64,000 nt of DNA, taken from the IMG/VR virus record IMGVR_UViG_3300036966_000119, positions 64,001 to 128,000 of that record, one strand, 5' to 3'. The notes beneath the pieces were generated by a model. It searched no databases, was not told where the DNA came from, and was given only the letters and a program-made list of their open reading frames with translations. Every line of letters begins with the position of its first letter. Position 1 is the first letter of the stretch. Below, piece by piece: positions 36,177 through 47,600 of the stretch. A program made the position numbers and the translations under genes. The stretch is from a virus. Taxonomy: Duplodnaviria > Caudoviricetes.

Positions 36177-37322
36177 ATGAATAATATTTTTGTTTATTAT
36201 GACGAAACAAATACACATCTTGTTTCATCAAATGGTATTGTACAAAACACTTTTGGTGATACAATAGAACCATATAAATCATCATCTAACATATTATATT
36301 CCCCATATACATTTGATGGTGGTATTACCCGACTCAAACGATTAGACATAATCATTGCATTAACTTTCAATCCTATTCCCGATGAATTGATTGGTCTACC
36401 ATTAACAGTTAAACATATCGATGGTAATCCAATTAATGTTTGTTCGGAAAATCTTGAATGGACTGAAGATATCGAAGAATGGAGGACGTCCCGTAAATTG
36501 AAAGGATATAAGATATCGTCATGGGGAAGAATAATGTCACCATATAATGAAATAATAAAAGGAACAAACAAAAATGGATATATAGCATTGACTATAAATG
36601 AAAGACCCGGTTCTGGCGATAAACGTGTAACGTATTTATTACATCGACTTGTTGCATCACTATTTATCGGTGATATAACTGATAAAGATGTCAACCATAT
36701 TGATGGTATTAGAAATAATCCAAGAGTGGATAATTTAGAAATAATTTCTCGTTGTGAAAATAATATTCACGCAATCAACATAGGAATGCATTCAAATAAG
36801 ATAAACGCCGAAACCGGTTTATTGATAGATGATTTATTATTCAAATATGAAGGATCACCAATTAAGGTTGTAAATCACATGAAATCATTAGGGTTTGATA
36901 ATATAACAGAAACCATTGTTGGTCATAGAAAGAAAAAATTAATAAAAAATGGATATAATTTTAAAGTAAAATATAGATTAAAACTAAATGACCCATTTCT
37001 TATGAAATTAATAATTGATTTACTTATCAAATATGACGGAAACGTACAAACTGTGTATTCTATTATAAACGAAAAATACCCAGATATTACAGATAAAAAT
37101 ATTAAGACTGTTAAAGCTAATTTATCACACAATGGTATTCATTTTAAGAATGGAATACATAATAGAAAAATTTCCGAAGAAGTTCGTAATCAATTATTGC
37201 GTTTATTAGAAATAAATAATTGGTCTGTTTCGGAGACCTATAAATATATTTCTAATTTTAAAGAGTTTGATCGTGTTTCTGTCTATGATTTAAAGTATCT
37301 GAAAAGGAAATATGGGGTATAA
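36177..37322 (+). mobile_element. Free-standing NUMOD4/HNH homing endonuclease gene
   Basis: EEWR..GYKISSWGRI (NUMOD4), LHRLVASLF, VNHIDGIRNNPRVDNLE..ENNIHA, plus a degenerate first HNH. AT-rich and opposite in orientation to its neighbours. Confidence 0.85.
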
Positions 37323-37334
37323 AATATACCCCAT
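37312..37334. terminator. Hairpin between convergent HNH and rusA genes
   Basis: ATGGGGTATA-AAA-TATACCCCAT. Confidence 0.7.
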
Positions 37335-37903
37335 TAATCCAATCGCATAGTCTTCTTGACGTTATCTGGTAATTCTTCCATATAAGTAATTGTAACCTCG
37401 TATCTCGGAGTACGAGAATAATATTTTTTTACATCAAGATCTGTTACAAGACAATCATCTCGTAATATACCCACATGTCCTCTTTTTTCATTCGGCATCA
37501 TTTGATCCATTACGGCTTTTGCAAAGTTATCAACATCTCCCGTATTACCCCATGGGCGAATAACTTTCATTTCAGCAAGTATTTGTTGTGTCTTTGTAAA
37601 AGACTTTGGTGTCTGACAAAATATGTCCACTTTTATTTTACAAGGAGTGGTTATAAACAATCCCTTCAATTTGGGTAGAACATTTCGATTGAAAAAAGAT
37701 TGATTCTTTGCAGCACCGGGTACATAGACCCGGTATCCACAAAGACGAGGACGGTGTGAAGGAACAGGTACCATTGGTATTATGAATGATACCTTGTTCC
37801 ATCTGATTCCAGAAAACACACCAAGTATGTCAGAGACTTTTGCTTGAACAGAATTAGTTGCATCGTTGAGCATTGCTTCAACGTTCTTCTGATTCATGTC
37901 CAT
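37334..37903 (-). CDS. rusA: RusA-family Holliday junction resolvase
   Basis: PVPSHRPR, GDVDNFAKAVMD, GILRDDCLV..KKYYS..PRYEVTI. Confidence 0.85.
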   Translation of the reverse strand: MDMNQKNVEAMLNDATNSVQAKVSDILGVFSGIRWNKVSFIIPMVPVPSHRPRLCGYRVYVPGAAKNQSFFNRNVLPKLKGLFITTPCKIKVDIFCQTPKSFTKTQQILAEMKVIRPWGNTGDVDNFAKAVMDQMMPNEKRGHVGILRDDCLVTDLDVKKYYSRTPRYEVTITYMEELPDNVKKTMRLD

Positions 37904-37918
37904 TATGATTTCTCCTTA

Positions 37919-39235
37919 TTAGTTAGCATATATTCTGTATGAAATGAGAACTTTCCAGTTTTCCTGAAGAGGTATAGAGTTGAAAGTATAATATGTTATC
38001 AACTTTATTCTCTGTGCTTCATCAGTTGTAAGTGAAGTGAATTCTTCTCCACTGAGATAGTCTTCAAACTTATCTGTGAAATACTGGAACTTGTGATTCT
38101 GGTTATAGTATGCCTGAACACCGATGTTTGTTGGTTCCTGGGTGTCAGGGTCTACTTTACATAACTGCTCCTGGAGAGTCTGGTAATCAAGTGATCCAGG
38201 TGTTGCAGAAGATAATGCATGAACAAAGTCAACAAAAGCATCAATGTTTGTCTGCTTGCCGTATATATCGTTCTCCATAAGAACAGTGTATATGTCACCA
38301 GCTAATGCGATAACTTCTTCATCAGCAGTTGATTCACGATCATCATCAAAGATGAGAGTGATGAATCTCTTCATCAATGTATCGTGTAATGTTTCAACTG
38401 TAGAACGCTGTCCTGGTACTGTATCGAATGCAACGAGACCAAGTTCGTTTATTACCGCAGACTGAGTATTTCCTTCCTGTCTGAAAAATCCAAGACAATC
38501 CTGGTTCTTAACATCAATGGACATTTCAACTTGAGCATACGTCTCGATTCTGTTTGTCTTAGGAGTTGTCTGTGTAGGACCAAGATCATTTTGAGTTACA
38601 GGATCAAGGTAATCCCATCGCTGACCATCTCTCCACCAGTTGTGGTAGATGTGTGCACGTTCATCAAATTTCTTGATGTAGTATGTCTTTGTATTAGCAC
38701 TATCACGCTGAACACCGAGATACTTTCCTGCAATAGATGGGTCCAGAGGATCATCAACAGTCTTCTGCTGGAAAGGTATTGGGTTTCTCAAGCAGACATA
38801 TGAATAGTCTGTGTTCTTTGTTGTGATAGCATCTTCACCAGCGCCACCATTACCAACAAGGAATCCCTGGATAAAATGTGTTGCCGGTATATCTTCAGTA
38901 ATAGGAAGATATCCTTTTGCATGATCTTCACTCTGGGGATTTCTACCGATACGAAGTCTGCTGTCTTCGTTCAAGTCAGGAACTACAACAGATGTATCCT
39001 TACCGATTACTTCGTATTTTATATTAGGATCATGAATAGAATCAAGATGTAATCCAAACATCTTCATCAAAATCCACTGATAGCCTGATATGGGGATTAT
39101 ATTGTCATCCTCATACCAAAACTTCTTTTCTTTTGTCTCAGTGTTTTCAAGTTCGATTTTTACATGACCTCTGAGGCCATGCTTAACATGACTATTATCA
39201 ACAAAAGAGAGTTTATCATTAAGCTCAACGTTCAT
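37919..39235 (-). CDS. Putative baseplate/tail-fibre attachment protein
   Basis: GLRGHVKI..DNII..G, VGNGG, INELGL, ISYRIY motifs typical of myophage fibre-attachment folds; context. Confidence 0.55.
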   Translation of the reverse strand: MNVELNDKLSFVDNSHVKHGLRGHVKIELENTETKEKKFWYEDDNIIPISGYQWILMKMFGLHLDSIHDPNIKYEVIGKDTSVVVPDLNEDSRLRIGRNPQSEDHAKGYLPITEDIPATHFIQGFLVGNGGAGEDAITTKNTDYSYVCLRNPIPFQQKTVDDPLDPSIAGKYLGVQRDSANTKTYYIKKFDERAHIYHNWWRDGQRWDYLDPVTQNDLGPTQTTPKTNRIETYAQVEMSIDVKNQDCLGFFRQEGNTQSAVINELGLVAFDTVPGQRSTVETLHDTLMKRFITLIFDDDRESTADEEVIALAGDIYTVLMENDIYGKQTNIDAFVDFVHALSSATPGSLDYQTLQEQLCKVDPDTQEPTNIGVQAYYNQNHKFQYFTDKFEDYLSGEEFTSLTTDEAQRIKLITYYTFNSIPLQENWKVLISYRIYAN

Positions 39236-39252
39236 TAAAACTCAATCCTTTC

Positions 39253-39984
39253 TTACATATATTCTCCGTTCATAGGATTATAGACACCTGGATAGTCTTC
39301 ACCGACAGTGTATCTTTCAACATCATCAGAATATATACATTTCAATGTCATATCATTTACCATATAATCACTTAAAGATGGATCGACATCTTTCATGTAT
39401 CGTATTCCTTTTATGACGAACATAACTCTGGTCTTCATATTACTGAGATTATTACGATCAAAATTCTCAACCGCAATAGTTGAACTACCATAAGTGACAG
39501 TTCTGAAATTCGGATTTTCAACCAGTTGGATCATTTCTCCAACAGCCGGTCTGAAAGATGTTAATGCATATCTGTTATAATAACAAGGAGCATTTATCTC
39601 ATTACACATTGCATCAACGTTTTTGGTTGTTGTTGTATAATCGATAGATGTTGCATTACGACGCGATCTCCAGAATAATCCAAATGTGAATATTAATTGA
39701 CAAATATTTCTGTCAATGTCAGGAAATGGTGTCAATGTTTCTGATGGATTAGATACCTTGATAGCAGTTCCACCATAAACAGTATAACCATCTACTTGAG
39801 AACCGCCACCTGTTCCATCCTCGCCATTTAAATCATTAACATATATACCGTTTTCACCTGGTGTTTCACTATTGTCAACCACAATATTTCCGTTGTCTTC
39901 ATATTTAACACCAACTTTTTTTGTATCTTGATTTACACCAAGACCATCACCAAGATCCAGATTGATCTTAATTGATTTACTCAT
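39253..39984 (-). CDS. Short tail-fibre/spike-like protein, MSKSIKI paralog
   Basis: N-terminus MSKSIKINLDL..NIVV..NGIY then a Gly-rich linker; shared with two neighbours. Confidence 0.6.
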   Translation of the reverse strand: MSKSIKINLDLGDGLGVNQDTKKVGVKYEDNGNIVVDNSETPGENGIYVNDLNGEDGTGGGSQVDGYTVYGGTAIKVSNPSETLTPFPDIDRNICQLIFTFGLFWRSRRNATSIDYTTTTKNVDAMCNEINAPCYYNRYALTSFRPAVGEMIQLVENPNFRTVTYGSSTIAVENFDRNNLSNMKTRVMFVIKGIRYMKDVDPSLSDYMVNDMTLKCIYSDDVERYTVGEDYPGVYNPMNGEYM

Positions 39985-40385
39985 CCTATCCACTCTCCTC
40001 TCTTTTTATATATCATAAAAGAGGCGACAGATATTTCGGGTACTAACGTACGGTCTTCAACAACACTCATTACTGGACCATCGTTATCCATGACGAATCT
40101 ATCAAAACCATCATACTTCTGATGTCTGGAAACTGTTGAATTACATCCTATTTTAGATAGACTGGTTGATTCAGTTGCACTTGTAGGACCAAGAGCATTT
40201 CCTGGTGTATTCATAGTACCACCAGAACCACCTTCTCCATCAGGAGCTTTGGTTCCAACGAGCTTTCCGTCAACGATAGAAAGACCATTATTTTCTTTTG
40301 ATGAAATTCTCAATTTCAGTTTATTGTTGTTTGACTCAAGTGTGGAATTATCAGTCTTGATTTTCATTTTTATTGAACGAGACAT
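39981..40385 (-). CDS. Short tail-fibre/spike-like protein, MSKSIKI paralog
   Basis: MSRSIKMKIK..LRISSKENNGLSIVDGKL then a Gly-rich linker. Confidence 0.6.
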   Translation of the reverse strand: MSRSIKMKIKTDNSTLESNNNKLKLRISSKENNGLSIVDGKLVGTKAPDGEGGSGGTMNTPGNALGPTSATESTSLSKIGCNSTVSRHQKYDGFDRFVMDNDGPVMSVVEDRTLVPEISVASFMIYKKRGEWIG

Positions 40386-40399
40386 GAATACACCTCCTA

Positions 40400-40888
40400 T
40401 CAGTTGACATTGTTATATTCATCGGATATACTTGCAACCATTTCCGATACACCGATTACATTATTTCCATCTGTTTGTGTAATAACATAATACTCCCATG
40501 CTTCATTCTCTGTATTATGGACACGGAACATATCACCTGGATAAAGGATATCAACACTACGTTTATCTGTTAATTCAGAACCGTCTGCTGTATTAGAAGT
40601 ATAAATACGATGAATTATTTTTGGTGCAACAAGTCGTCTTGGTACTGGATCGGTTGAATCCGGAAATGCTTCTCCTGATTTAAGACCTGTTTGTGTTGCT
40701 CTATATCCATCAGGAAACCCGGTTCCTGTAGAACCGGGCTCACCTGGGATTGCTTGAGCATACAGACCATCTGCTTCAACGACGAGTGCGTTTTCCGAAC
40801 GTTGGGATATCTTTACTCCAACCGAATTATCATCATTGAATTTCAAAGTATTGTCGAGATCCAATGTTATTTTTATTGATTTACTCAT
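40400..40888 (-). CDS. Short tail-fibre/spike-like protein, MSKSIKI paralog
   Basis: MSKSIKITLDL..VKISQRSENALVVEADGLY then GEPGSTG. Confidence 0.6.
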   Translation of the reverse strand: MSKSIKITLDLDNTLKFNDDNSVGVKISQRSENALVVEADGLYAQAIPGEPGSTGTGFPDGYRATQTGLKSGEAFPDSTDPVPRRLVAPKIIHRIYTSNTADGSELTDKRSVDILYPGDMFRVHNTENEAWEYYVITQTDGNNVIGVSEMVASISDEYNNVN

Positions 40889-40908
40889 GGAACCACCTCG
40901 TTTGTAAC

Positions 40909-43900
40909 TTATTCAGTGAAACATAAACCTGGTCCAAGTTCAATTGTTGTATCTTCCGAACCATCAAACTCAAATAAATGATTTGGAATATCATTGAGAT
41001 ATCCCTTGAAGGTGAGTTTATGTTTCAAAGGAACAAAGTTTGGAGAAATCGTTAAATTACCATCTTTGTCAATGCATAAATCACCGTTATCCTTTAATTC
41101 ACCTTTCAGCTGAATACCGAGGATATTACCCTTGAATATTCTCAAACCATGAGTACCGACCGTAGTTGTATCGCAACCATCGTGTTTACTTCGTTCAACA
41201 GCGCTGTAGCTATCCGTGTCATTTATACGAATACAAAGATATCCTCCAGCATTAAATCTGAGACCGCCGTTCTTACAACTGTCATCCATAGCATAACCAG
41301 AACTTTTGTCTGCGATTTTTATTCCCAATTCATCACGGTAGTCATTTGCCGCAATAGCACGGATATCTGTTTCATCATTATAAACATATTCGTTATTGGT
41401 AGTCAAACCCTTGTATTCATTGTAACGAACTTTTACACCAGGCTCATAGTAGAATGATGCTAATTCAACGATAGGGTCTCCATCCGGACTAACGTAAATG
41501 CTGTGTTCGTCTAAGAGATACTTGAACCAAGATTCCTCCGTTGTGAGACCATCATATGCTCCGGTCGAAGACTTGGCAAAAAATGAAAGTACTGCTGATG
41601 CATCTCTCATATCAGGAACGCCACCATCTCGCAAAGCGTCAGCTCTTGCGATCAATGTGTCAGTTAATTCAAGATCCGCTATTATAGGATTACGCATCAT
41701 GTAATTATGACCTTCACGTATTACTCTGACATTGGTTCCCTCTATATAAAGATTTCCAATTATATATATTTCTCCCTCCTCAGTAGGAAGTAATGCAGTG
41801 CATTCAGGATCTGAGAAATAGTTTCCTTCCTTGTAATACGCAGTATGTTTATTTTTTGTCCATAATGTTTGTATAAGTGTCGCGTCACGAGCATCAATTA
41901 TACCATCATTAGTCACATCAGGAATACGTCTGTCAGTGACTGATTCAATGTATCTACTTGCCTTTACAAGATATCTACCGACAACATCCTGATCTTGTTC
42001 AACAAGAACAATTGTTCTATGTCTACCAATAAGATCCTGTCCGGTTCTTATTGAATCAAGGGCTAAGTCATATGACAATTGTGAACCATGAATTGAGAAA
42101 TAGTAGGTAAAACCGGGTGTTTCAAGATTCGATGAGAATATGTAGTATCTCTTTCCAGCAATATATACATGGTCTTCATCAAATTTTGTTGGGTCACCAC
42201 TATACTCTATTTCAAGATCCATTATACTCGACCATTGCTTTTCTTTATACAAATTCGGTATATTTATTTTACGGCCAAGGAATTCTTCGTCTATAAACAA
42301 ATGCGTTTCCAGGCATGAGTCTGTTGGATTTGGTATATCACTACTATGAACATGACTCGGTTTGTAAAATTTATAAGGTTTGATGCCTAAGACGTTATGA
42401 TCATAATCGAATAATATGGTAGAAGAACCATCATAGAAATATTCATTTATGTGGGTCGAATATATAGATAAACCTGACAGACCTCTCGCAGTATTTACAG
42501 CAAGCAAACCATGTTCTGGATATGTTATACCACCATCAACAAAATGGAGTCCACCTTCATTCCATGTTGTCTGGTTGCCATATTCAGGCTGGTATTTTAT
42601 ACCTTTAGCAATATTAATACCAAGGGAATTTGTTGGATTATCGGAATCATCAGTAACATTGTAAAGAGCTTTTGTCTTATCAATGCGAACATTTACTTTT
42701 CCTTCATTATAGTAATCGGTCCTGGTTTGTTTAACACTGTAAGAGTTATCGGAACTACCTATTTCGAGGAAGTCACCGACATTAACAGATAAACCACCTG
42801 AATGGTTTGTAATTGTTGATGCAGATGGATTACCTAACCAGGATGAATCTACATTGATTGTATCCTCATCAACACGTAAACCCGAAAGGTTTGTAGCATA
42901 CTTGTGGTCAACAGTATCCGTATAGATTCCCTTGACAAGATTTATACCAAGGAAGCTTGGATTCTCATGTCTAACCGGATGATATGGTGATTTATCTTGA
43001 GGATTTGGTTCTACATAACCTGATGAATATGCAGGAGGCCAGTTGCTTATTGTCAAACGATTTCCGTCATTGAAAACTTTCTTTGGTATTACGCAAAGAG
43101 AATAGTTTGGCAATATAAACATTGAACCTTTCTCATTACAACTACCATCAGTATCTGTTCTGTATATATCACCAGACAAGCCTGTTGGTAATATAGTTTT
43201 GAATGAACGTTTTGGAACATTGTTTCTTGTTTGATGGATTGTAGCAGTATCGTATGGTGAAAAAGCATTTATACCACTTAAAGGAACATCACCGTTGTCT
43301 CCCCACATTGACTCTTGATTCTTATCCTCAAGAATCTCAGAGTGCAATAAATCAACTGATAAAGCTTCAGATCCGATATCAGATGATGCAGTGTGGATAC
43401 TTTCATATTTAAGACCCTTGAAGAGAGGCTGTCTCATTGTGTAAAAATCAATGATATAATCCGTATCAGGATTCTCAGCAGTTGGTGCTTGTGTTACCAT
43501 TCCTATTGCAGGTTTACGAATCATCAACATAGGATTCATACCTATTGTCAATGTTCTACAAGTACCAGTTCCAACGGGATCTTGAAGATATAATTCATCA
43601 TTAAAGTTACAAATGATGATATCACCTTTTTCAAACGATTGTTTGATAAAATTAGTTCCACCAAACTGTGTATCTGGTGAAGGATACACGACAGGTCTGC
43701 GGTCTATTCTAAATGTGACTTCATGTACGGCAGCAGGCATACCTCCGGAATAGTATAATAATGCACCTGAATCTGAAGGATCTCCTGAACCATATACACC
43801 GTCAAACCAATATAATGTTGGCTTGATCTTGCTCTTATCAATGTATAATCCTGATTCAGATTTATTATCACTGAGATCATTATATACCTTAAGAGCATCT

Positions 43901-44502
43901 TCATACTTCCAGATGTTTACACCTATACGTCCTGATTCAGCATATTGTCTACCATTAACATTCTCATTGTAGATGATTGTGTTATCAGCAGAACCAACTG
44001 TATCAAGAGCTTTTTGAGCATGTTGAAGTCTGTTGTTGTCATAATAAATATATCCTATGTAACCACGTTTATCATTTTGATATCCATGTCTTGCATAGAA
44101 TGGTTTATTAGCGTAGATCTCATCATTGTTCCATACTGTGTTTATGGTTTCATCAAGTTCCTGTAAGGATTCAAACATCTCAATTCGTTTGTATCCCATC
44201 TCTTGCATTATTCTTGAAATCACCCATTCTTTTATGTCGGCAAATGAAACATTATCAACATTACCAAGACCTATAGTGGCAGAATCTATTATAACAACAC
44301 CGGTCATGCCATTAACACTATTGACAATACGTGACAGTTTATTGTTTATAGCGTTCCATATTCTTTCAATGGTTTTCTCCAGTGTTGCACCAGTCGTAGG
44401 ATCGTCAATAGACTTTGTATTTGATTTTGGATTTATATCGGTGAGGACCAACTCATTACCAACGACTTCTTCTTGTTTGAGTTGAACACGATCTTCGGCC
44501 AT
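40909..44502 (-). CDS. Tail-fibre-like protein with an internal Ruminococcus-type dockerin
   Basis: Fibre motifs VNSVNGMTGVV..IGLGNVDN and GL-x-F/GxLxI shaft repeats, C-terminal FDGSEDTTI. Dockerin halves PDVTNDGIIDARDATLI and RADALRDGGVPDMRDASAVLSFFAKSSTG. Confidence 0.75.
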   Translation of the reverse strand: MAEDRVQLKQEEVVGNELVLTDINPKSNTKSIDDPTTGATLEKTIERIWNAINNKLSRIVNSVNGMTGVVIIDSATIGLGNVDNVSFADIKEWVISRIMQEMGYKRIEMFESLQELDETINTVWNNDEIYANKPFYARHGYQNDKRGYIGYIYYDNNRLQHAQKALDTVGSADNTIIYNENVNGRQYAESGRIGVNIWKYEDALKVYNDLSDNKSESGLYIDKSKIKPTLYWFDGVYGSGDPSDSGALLYYSGGMPAAVHEVTFRIDRRPVVYPSPDTQFGGTNFIKQSFEKGDIIICNFNDELYLQDPVGTGTCRTLTIGMNPMLMIRKPAIGMVTQAPTAENPDTDYIIDFYTMRQPLFKGLKYESIHTASSDIGSEALSVDLLHSEILEDKNQESMWGDNGDVPLSGINAFSPYDTATIHQTRNNVPKRSFKTILPTGLSGDIYRTDTDGSCNEKGSMFILPNYSLCVIPKKVFNDGNRLTISNWPPAYSSGYVEPNPQDKSPYHPVRHENPSFLGINLVKGIYTDTVDHKYATNLSGLRVDEDTINVDSSWLGNPSASTITNHSGGLSVNVGDFLEIGSSDNSYSVKQTRTDYYNEGKVNVRIDKTKALYNVTDDSDNPTNSLGINIAKGIKYQPEYGNQTTWNEGGLHFVDGGITYPEHGLLAVNTARGLSGLSIYSTHINEYFYDGSSTILFDYDHNVLGIKPYKFYKPSHVHSSDIPNPTDSCLETHLFIDEEFLGRKINIPNLYKEKQWSSIMDLEIEYSGDPTKFDEDHVYIAGKRYYIFSSNLETPGFTYYFSIHGSQLSYDLALDSIRTGQDLIGRHRTIVLVEQDQDVVGRYLVKASRYIESVTDRRIPDVTNDGIIDARDATLIQTLWTKNKHTAYYKEGNYFSDPECTALLPTEEGEIYIIGNLYIEGTNVRVIREGHNYMMRNPIIADLELTDTLIARADALRDGGVPDMRDASAVLSFFAKSSTGAYDGLTTEESWFKYLLDEHSIYVSPDGDPIVELASFYYEPGVKVRYNEYKGLTTNNEYVYNDETDIRAIAANDYRDELGIKIADKSSGYAMDDSCKNGGLRFNAGGYLCIRINDTDSYSAVERSKHDGCDTTTVGTHGLRIFKGNILGIQLKGELKDNGDLCIDKDGNLTISPNFVPLKHKLTFKGYLNDIPNHLFEFDGSEDTTIELGPGLCFTE

Positions 44503-44564
44503 AAATGTCATCTCCTTCTTAAATATTGATTTAGTTTTTATGGAAAGTCAATGATTCCCGACCA

Positions 44565-44614
44565 AACCATAATGTATGTTTTAACCTTATTTTGGTAGAA
44601 CTTACCTCGAGGTT
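44565..44614. promoter_or_regulatory. Candidate divergent late promoters AACC-N6-TA
   Basis: + strand AACCATAATGTA (44565-44576) and - strand AACCTCGAGGTA (44614-44603) between divergent structural operons. Confidence 0.35.
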
Positions 44615-44656
44615 TCTATACATATTTAAATACATCAATAACAGGAGGTTTTAAAA

Positions 44657-47600
44657 ATGGCTGATGAGATTCTGCTTAATAACTATTCTGATGATAGTCA
44701 GATAAAAAAGTTCATGCGAGATGAGTTAGCGCCAAGAGTCTTTCATGACATTCCATTGAATGTTCTCAATACAGGTTTCTTCTCTCTCGTCAGTGAGTAT
44801 ATCTCACAGATAACCGAACAGCTTGGTTTTACATCTTCATTCTATTTCAATGAAGCATTCATAACCAAAGCAGTTTTGCCAGATTCTATATATGCTGAAG
44901 CTGCTATATTTAATCTGGGTTATTCATTCGCAACACCTGCATCAACAAACTTTCTGCTTGAGTTAAAGATAGAAGATATCTATAATAACTCAGTATTCAA
45001 TGCAGACAATGGTTTGTATGAATTCGTGCTTGATAAGAACACAAAGTTCAATCTTCCTGAAGGATTCGTATATTCTCTTGATTATGATATATTAATTCAA
45101 TACAAGGATATTGCAACATCAAGTATGGATGCATCTATACCGGCATGGAACATCCAATACATCAACAGAAACGAAGCAAATATGTGTGCAACAAATAAAA
45201 ACGTTTACATCACATATCGTGTTACTGATGTTTGGTTATGTTTATTAATCCAAGCAAACGAATATGAGCGTGAAGTTCATACTGTTGTAAATAATACAAC
45301 AACCGGTATACCAAATGAAGACACAGTAATCATGTGTCAGAATCATATTGCTGGATTTGATATCAAGTATATCGACAGCAAGGGAAATGCGCAGTATCTT
45401 CAGAGAGACCATATCCTTACTATACATGATACTATTGAGGATAATGCTCCATATGTTAACTATATCATGGACAACCCACAGACTATCCGTTTCATGTGGC
45501 AGTTAAGTGGTTCACGTTTCTTCGTTCCTGAAATGAACTCTTCATTTGAAATAACCATATACACATGTCATGGTAAATCAGCTAATGCTCCTAACTACAA
45601 GAATGATCAACAGCCACAGGTCATCACCGCAGCAAATACATATTCGAATAATGCAAATGTTATGAAAGCGGCATTTGTAATATCCGGATGTGTTGGTGGT
45701 GCTGATATTGGTACTGTTGAAACTACTCGTAGAGAAACCATTGAAGCATATAATACAGCAAATGTATTATCAACTGATCATGATCTTGATGAATGGTTTA
45801 AGACATTCTACTTCAAGAATATCCTTTATCCGTTCTTCTTTAAGAGACGTGATGATCCGTGGGGTAGAATATGGAGTGGTTATATGGCATTATCCGATAA
45901 TGATGATTATGTCTATAGGACCAATACTCTTCATGCTCATATACCATATGAAGTGCTGTATAATAACAATGATAACACTGTATCAAGCAATGAAATTATA
46001 ATTCCTCCTGGATGGATATGGGTATATATTGATGATACTACAAATCACAAGCATCTTTATACTGTTACTCCATATACCAAGGCAGATGGAAAAACAATTG
46101 AGACTGTAAATACATTGGCTTCAATTACAGATAAATTCGTATTTGCAAATCCTTTTGGTATGAGAATACAAAAGGATCCATTTGCTATAGGATACTTCAA
46201 TCCTTGGGTAAATGAATACGTCACTGCAACGAAAATAACAAGAGCCACATCTGCTGTTGTTGATAACAACAAGGAAGATATATCTTACATATATCATGCT
46301 TCTCCAATCATCACTAATATCAAGAGAACATATAAAGATGACCATTACACATTCACATCATATATTCTTCCTAATATACCTGGAATGAATAATGGTAAAA
46401 AGTTAGTTGAATATGTTCGTGCAAACGCTGTTGCTCCATACTTTGATCCTCAAACATGGAACTACATGAAACAGCCACTTGATGTATACGCTGAATCAAT
46501 TCCTCTTATGATACTCACTGAAGAAGATGGATACATTCCATTTGATCCAGAGAACACATATCTGTGTGTTGAACAGAAAGACCGCATCGATGATGATAAA
46601 TGGCGTTTCGGTAGAGTGTGGATTGAAGAAAAAATCTCAGCAGATGAAAAACGCCATATCGACATCAGACCATCCGCAGATAAGATGTATTTGTACGGTA
46701 CAAATGATATATGGGGAACTAATGGTGCATGTGCTCCATATTCAGTTGCTGTTTCTGGTGATACTGATATCGACATATTCCCATCACTTACATCAGAGGA
46801 TTTAATAACATTCGGCCGTATTCCTACTCAGAATTATTATGAGATGAGATTGGCTGAAACAGCACCTCGTGGTACAATAACGAAAATAGTTGTTGGAGAA
46901 GCAACTAAGACCGAATTGACAAAGTACGGCGAATCACAGCTTGTCAAGATAGGTAAGAGTTATTCAGCAGCAATATACATCAACGTATATTACGCCGTTA
47001 AAGATGATGAGACTCATACTATTACTGAAAAACAAGTAACATATACGATCTCGAATGCGGCGAATGTATACATGCCATACATGTGGAGTACAGAGCAAAG
47101 TGAACCAGGTAAATATGTATTCGAAATGGATCAGCTTGGTTCTACATCAATTATTCTGTATGCTGATATGAAACCATCTCCTGAAAGTGGCGCTATTGCA
47201 TATTACAGAATGCCTTTCAATTTATTACCTAAGAACGAACCCATGTTATATGTTCATTCAGAACAGCTCCCTCTTGCCCTGAATAACTTGCGTGTTATTA
47301 TGCATGCAATCGTAAATGGTTCAGAAACAGGACGTGTTGAAATGCAGCCTGTATCATTAGAATCTGATGGTTCTTATAAGTTTGAGACAACACTTTATCC
47401 GTTAACAGAGTTGCTTGATATTGATAACAGAATCAATATGGCTTCAATGAATAACGGTGGTGGTTCTTGGCAGGCTGTAAATGGTGAAGTTGTATCTGTT
47501 GATGCTTCTGATCCACAGTTCAAGATCACAATACTTGTTAGATCTGATGACGCCAACAGAGATTCCGAAATTGAAAAGGGCGATTCCTACACAGGATTCA

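Noticed and set aside
36119-37333. Group I intron or intein in rusA
   Set aside because: rusA is complete with its own stop, the HNH gene is antisense and fills nearly the whole interval, and no P/Q/R/S core or intein motifs are seen.
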